From assembly GCA_045538275.1 (NCBI GenBank), contig JAZSRB010000008.1:15750-79749 (forward strand): a stretch of 64,000 nt of DNA, written 5' to 3'. This DNA comes from Akkermansia sp. (GTDB taxonomy: Bacteria > Verrucomicrobiota > Verrucomicrobiia > Verrucomicrobiales > Akkermansiaceae). Shown here in pieces: positions 60,594 through 64,000 of the stretch (its first letter is position 1; every line of letters begins with the position of its first letter). The notes below the pieces were generated by a model. It worked only from the letters and a program-made list of their open reading frames with translations, did no database searches and had not been told where the DNA came from. The translations under genes and the position numbers were made by a program.

Positions 60594-62189
60594 TTATTCG
60601 TAGTATGTATGGCGGCGCGGGTCGGTAGCCTCGCGCACAGATTCTCCAATAAAGGTCACAATAAGCAAGGTGCTCACCAGCGCCACGAACGCACACGAGG
60701 CCACCCATGGCGAGGATAGTTTCGACAAACCATCATTCAGCAGACGCCCCCAGCTTGCATACGTATCAGGCAGCCCGAATCCCAGATAATCCAGCGAAGC
60801 AAGAGACAAAATCAACGCCGCCACGCTGAATGGCAGCAATGTCACCAGAATACCACGCAGATTCGGCAATATATGCCGCAGCAGAATATGGAACGTGCCG
60901 GCACCCATCACACGGGCCGCAGCCACATAATCACGCGTCTTTTCCTTCATGGTGGCGGTGCGCACCAGGTAGGTCATGTGCATCCACCCGAACATGGCCA
61001 GCAGACTCAGAATCAGAAACAGACCGCGCAACTCCAGCGGCACGAAGTCTGATACTATCATGACCACAAACAAAAACGGCACCTGCGACAAAATTTCAAT
61101 AAAACGCTGCGTCACCAAATCAAACCGGCCGCCGAAATACCCCATGAGCATCCCCATGGTCAGACCGATGAAATAAATCACCGGAAGATACAGCAACGCC
61201 GCCTTGATATTCACCTGCAAGCCGCCATACAGATACGCCAGAATATCTGCTCCCTGGCTGTTGGTACCCAGCAGGTGTCCCCCGGTAAGCGGAGGCGCCG
61301 GGTGGTAATACACCTTGCGCTCGCTGCCAGCCGGGGTCAGCATCATAAACTGCTTCAAATTCAGTACACCGCGGTAGTGTTCCTCCACCAGCCGGCCTTC
61401 CTTATATGTGGCAGAATACACCTCCGTGCGGTCCTGCAGCCACCCCTGGGCATGACCATCCGGCACACCCCGGCGGTAACGCACACGCAAGTGCGGCTGC
61501 TCATTGTCATACAACCGGCATGCCAATCCATTATAGGGAGTCTCTCCATCCGTATCATACAACACGCCATCACGCCACTCCAACGGCTCGGATGGAAACG
61601 ATGCCGCATCCATGGTCGGGTCATATGGTACCGGCGGCATCACCACAAATCCGGAAACGCCGGGCTGCCCCAGGCGGTCGCGCAACGCCCGGTAATCCGT
61701 CTCAGCCCGGGCCTCTGCTCCTTTGTAACCAAACACCTCACCGCGCAGCACCGCACGCGTAAGCGCCGGGCTGTACCAGTCGCCGTCATACACCACCAAC
61801 AGAGCCCTCTTGCCCACCAGGCACTGATCCATGGCCGCCAGCAGCATGATGATACCAAAAGCAATCAGCGACCAATAGCCACGCTTTATACTCTTGAAAC
61901 GCTTCACCTGCTTCGCATGCTTCGGTGACAGCCGCAGACTCGACGCCCGCCGCACCAGCAGATACAACCCCGCCAGCAACAGCAGCAGCATACACAGCCA
62001 GCCAAACCAGTGCACCCGGTCATCTGCCGCCAGATACGGCATCACCTCCCCTGCACAATTCAGCAGCGGAATCTCACGACTCACCGTAAACGGCCAGGAC
62101 AGCGTAGGCAGCAGCCAGCCATGCAGCTCCCCCAGCGCCCCCAGCAGGGCCGCCAGTATCAGCAACAGCGCTATAAGATTCTTGCTCAT
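60594..62189 (-). CDS. Peptide ABC transporter permease (YejE/OppC-like) with periplasmic insertion
   Basis: F...KRGYWS, HLLGTN..G.D, EAA-loop YVAAARVMGA and LDYLGFG...ASWG. TTG 62201 is an alternative start. Confidence 0.9.
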   Translation of the reverse strand: MSKNLIALLLILAALLGALGELHGWLLPTLSWPFTVSREIPLLNCAGEVMPYLAADDRVHWFGWLCMLLLLLAGLYLLVRRASSLRLSPKHAKQVKRFKSIKRGYWSLIAFGIIMLLAAMDQCLVGKRALLVVYDGDWYSPALTRAVLRGEVFGYKGAEARAETDYRALRDRLGQPGVSGFVVMPPVPYDPTMDAASFPSEPLEWRDGVLYDTDGETPYNGLACRLYDNEQPHLRVRYRRGVPDGHAQGWLQDRTEVYSATYKEGRLVEEHYRGVLNLKQFMMLTPAGSERKVYYHPAPPLTGGHLLGTNSQGADILAYLYGGLQVNIKAALLYLPVIYFIGLTMGMLMGYFGGRFDLVTQRFIEILSQVPFLFVVMIVSDFVPLELRGLFLILSLLAMFGWMHMTYLVRTATMKEKTRDYVAAARVMGAGTFHILLRHILPNLRGILVTLLPFSVAALILSLASLDYLGFGLPDTYASWGRLLNDGLSKLSSPWVASCAFVALVSTLLIVTFIGESVREATDPRRHTYYE

Positions 62190-62193
62190 CTGC

Positions 62194-63519
62194 TCAATCA
62201 AATCGCACTCGCGGATCCACCACCGCCACCAGCAGGTCCGATACCAGATTCCCTATGACAATCAGCACAGAGGTCAGCAGCAGCGTGCCCATTATCAGCG
62301 AATAGTCCTTATCCATCAACGCCTGGAAACTCAGCATCCCGAAACCCTGAATATCAAATACACGTTCAATCAGAATCGAGCCTCCCACCACGGTGCAGAT
62401 AACACTACCCAGTGTAGATACAATCGGAATCACCGAGTTACGGAACGCATGCCCCCACACCGCGCGGCGGAACGACACACCCTTGGAAACCGCAGTACGT
62501 ACATAATCTGCCGCCAGGTTCTCCATCAGGTTATTCTTCATCATCATGGTTGTTACCGCAAAGGTCGACACCACATAGCAGGTAAGCGGCAATACTGTAT
62601 GCATGGTCAGGTCGTAAAGTTGCTCCTTAAAGCTCATCCACTCAAACCCAGGACTTACCAGCCCATACAGAGGAAACCACTCCAACCGGGCTCCAAGATA
62701 CACCAGCATCACCGCCCCCAGAGCAAACCCCGGCACCGCATACCCCACAAACACCAGAACACTCGTCACACTATCCAGCCAGCTGCGGTGGTACAGCGCC
62801 TTCATCACCCCCAGCGGAATACTCACCAGATACGTGATAAACGCACCCAGTAACCCGAAATACAGAGACACCGGCAAGCGGTCCATCATCATACGCATCA
62901 CCGGCTCATTATACTTGTACGAAAGCCCCATATTTCCCTGCAGCACCCCCTGAAATGCATAGCGGCTGGCCACCGCACGCCAGCGGCGGCAAAACGGCCC
63001 CCTGGCCAGGGCCTCAATTTCCCCGGCATCCGTTATCTTGCGGCGTTCTGCCAGGCGGGCAGCGCGGTCAGCCGGCGATTCCAGGCGCACCACCCAATCC
63101 TCCTCCTGCATCCACTCCGGCGCCAGGTACTGTGGCACATCGCCCTCCCGGGTCACCTCCAGTACTGCAGAATGTCCGCTCGCAGAAGCAATGGTTATGG
63201 TTGCCATACCGGCATCGTTAAACTCCGCCTTGGCAATCTCCACCGCCTGCGGCAGCAACCCCAGCCATTGCAGATACGCCTTCCACGTAGGCTCCTGCAA
63301 ATTAAAAAGCTCCTCCAGGCGCTCCATATCATCATTCCCCAGGCGGGCATTCACCTGCCCCACAGTCTTCTCTCCCGTCAACGCGCCGATAGCCTGCTCC
63401 TGCAGCATACGCTCCACCGGCCCCCCCGGCACCATACGCGTCAGAAAAAACGCCAAAAACGTGATGCCAATCAACGTAATGGGCATCATCATCAAGCGTC
63501 TGAGGATATAATGTCGCAT
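62194..63519 (-). CDS. Peptide ABC transporter permease (YejB/OppB-like)
   Basis: YILRRL...P.TL.GI, PGGPVE, G.MG.S, RLPVS, DYVRTA.SKG, HAFRNS and IE.VF...G.G. Confidence 0.92.
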   Translation of the reverse strand: MRHYILRRLMMMPITLIGITFLAFFLTRMVPGGPVERMLQEQAIGALTGEKTVGQVNARLGNDDMERLEELFNLQEPTWKAYLQWLGLLPQAVEIAKAEFNDAGMATITIASASGHSAVLEVTREGDVPQYLAPEWMQEEDWVVRLESPADRAARLAERRKITDAGEIEALARGPFCRRWRAVASRYAFQGVLQGNMGLSYKYNEPVMRMMMDRLPVSLYFGLLGAFITYLVSIPLGVMKALYHRSWLDSVTSVLVFVGYAVPGFALGAVMLVYLGARLEWFPLYGLVSPGFEWMSFKEQLYDLTMHTVLPLTCYVVSTFAVTTMMMKNNLMENLAADYVRTAVSKGVSFRRAVWGHAFRNSVIPIVSTLGSVICTVVGGSILIERVFDIQGFGMLSFQALMDKDYSLIMGTLLLTSVLIVIGNLVSDLLVAVVDPRVRFD

Positions 63520-63625
63520 AGCAACTCACGGCATTCTACTCTTTTCCACACCCCGTGGCAAGTTCTGATTCTGTTATCAGCGCAGAAATCATACAAAAAA
63601 TGAGCGCATTCTTCATACAATCGAA

Positions 63626-63653
63626 AGGGCGACCTGTTTTCCAGGTCACCCCT
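63626..63653 (-). terminator. Possible terminator of the tRNA cluster
   Basis: gggcgacctg/caggtcaccc stem just downstream of the tRNAs. Short U-tract. Confidence 0.5.
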
Positions 63654-63674
63654 CACCTCTCATACAAAACTGAG

Positions 63675-63747
63675 TACCCCCGCGCGGACTCGAACCGCGG
63701 ACAAATTGATTAAGAGTCAACTGCTCTACCAACTGAGCTACGGAGGC
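63675..63747 (-). tRNA. tRNA-Lys(CTT), copy 2 in transcript order (no encoded CCA)
   Basis: GCCTCCGTAGCTCAGTTGGTAGAGCAGTTGACTCTTAATCAATTTGTCCGCGGTTCGAGTCCGCGCGGGGGTA. Confidence 0.95.
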
Positions 63748-63776
63748 ATATTGAGCTCACCCGGCTGCTCACAGAC

Positions 63777-63852
63777 TGGTACCCCCGCGCGGACTCGAAC
63801 CGCGGACAAATTGATTAAGAGTCAACTGCTCTACCAACTGAGCTACGGAGGC
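63777..63852 (-). tRNA. tRNA-Lys(CTT), copy 1 in transcript order (CCA encoded)
   Basis: Identical 73-nt body to 63675-63747, followed by CCA. Confidence 0.95.
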
Positions 63853-63896
63853 ACATTGTCTGTGAGCACCCTGCATCTGTGTCCCTCTAGAGGAGA

Positions 63897-63968
63897 AGCC
63901 GCTGGTCAGATTTGAACTGACGACCCACGCATTACGAATGCGTTGCTCTACCCCTGAGCTACAGCGGC
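63897..63968 (-). tRNA. tRNA-Thr(CGT)
   Basis: GCCGCTGTAGCTCAGGGGTAGAGCAACGCATTCGTAATGCGTGGGTCGTCAGTTCAAATCTGACCAGCGGCT. Anticodon loop TT-CGT-AA. Confidence 0.95.
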
Positions 63969-64000
63969 AGATGCTGTGTGCGGCGGCAGCTTACCATACG

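Overview
A 64-kb, GC-rich chromosomal window. Gene content and style suggest an Akkermansia-like verrucomicrobium (inference, no database search). Most of it is housekeeping: ABC-F, gpmA, nanA/AGE epimerase, two Pfk paralogs, a Ca-type P-ATPase, UDG, an M42 peptidase, catalase, ispG/ispF, tyrA, rsgA, coaB, arfB, polA, pncC, two MsbA-like exporters, parB, an ECF sigma operon, aspS, a YejABE-like peptide transporter and four tRNAs. No CRISPR array, rRNA or intact transposase was seen. The most unusual items are: (1) a locus missed by the ORF track, beside a truncated integrase at tRNA-fMet, where a 32-codon hydrophobic ORF with a hairpin-sequestered 5' UTR is followed by a separately promoted ~80-nt sRNA with two blocks complementary to that mRNA, i.e. 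a candidate new type I toxin-antitoxin-like module, possibly SOS-linked; (2) an apparently co-transcribed unit behind gpmA with two large phage-ejection-like proteins, a terminase large subunit with intact motifs and a 42-aa membrane peptide, but no capsid, portal or integrase in the window; (3) a dCMP-deaminase/ADP-ribosylglycohydrolase fusion; (4) translationally coupled Pfk and DD-carboxypeptidase paralogs that both lack their catalytic residues, upstream of an intact pfk; (5) GATATC-punctuated hairpin arrays bracketing an AT-richer membrane gene, plus heptad-flanked hairpin elements. Start codons were chosen by eye and several differ from the ORF track.
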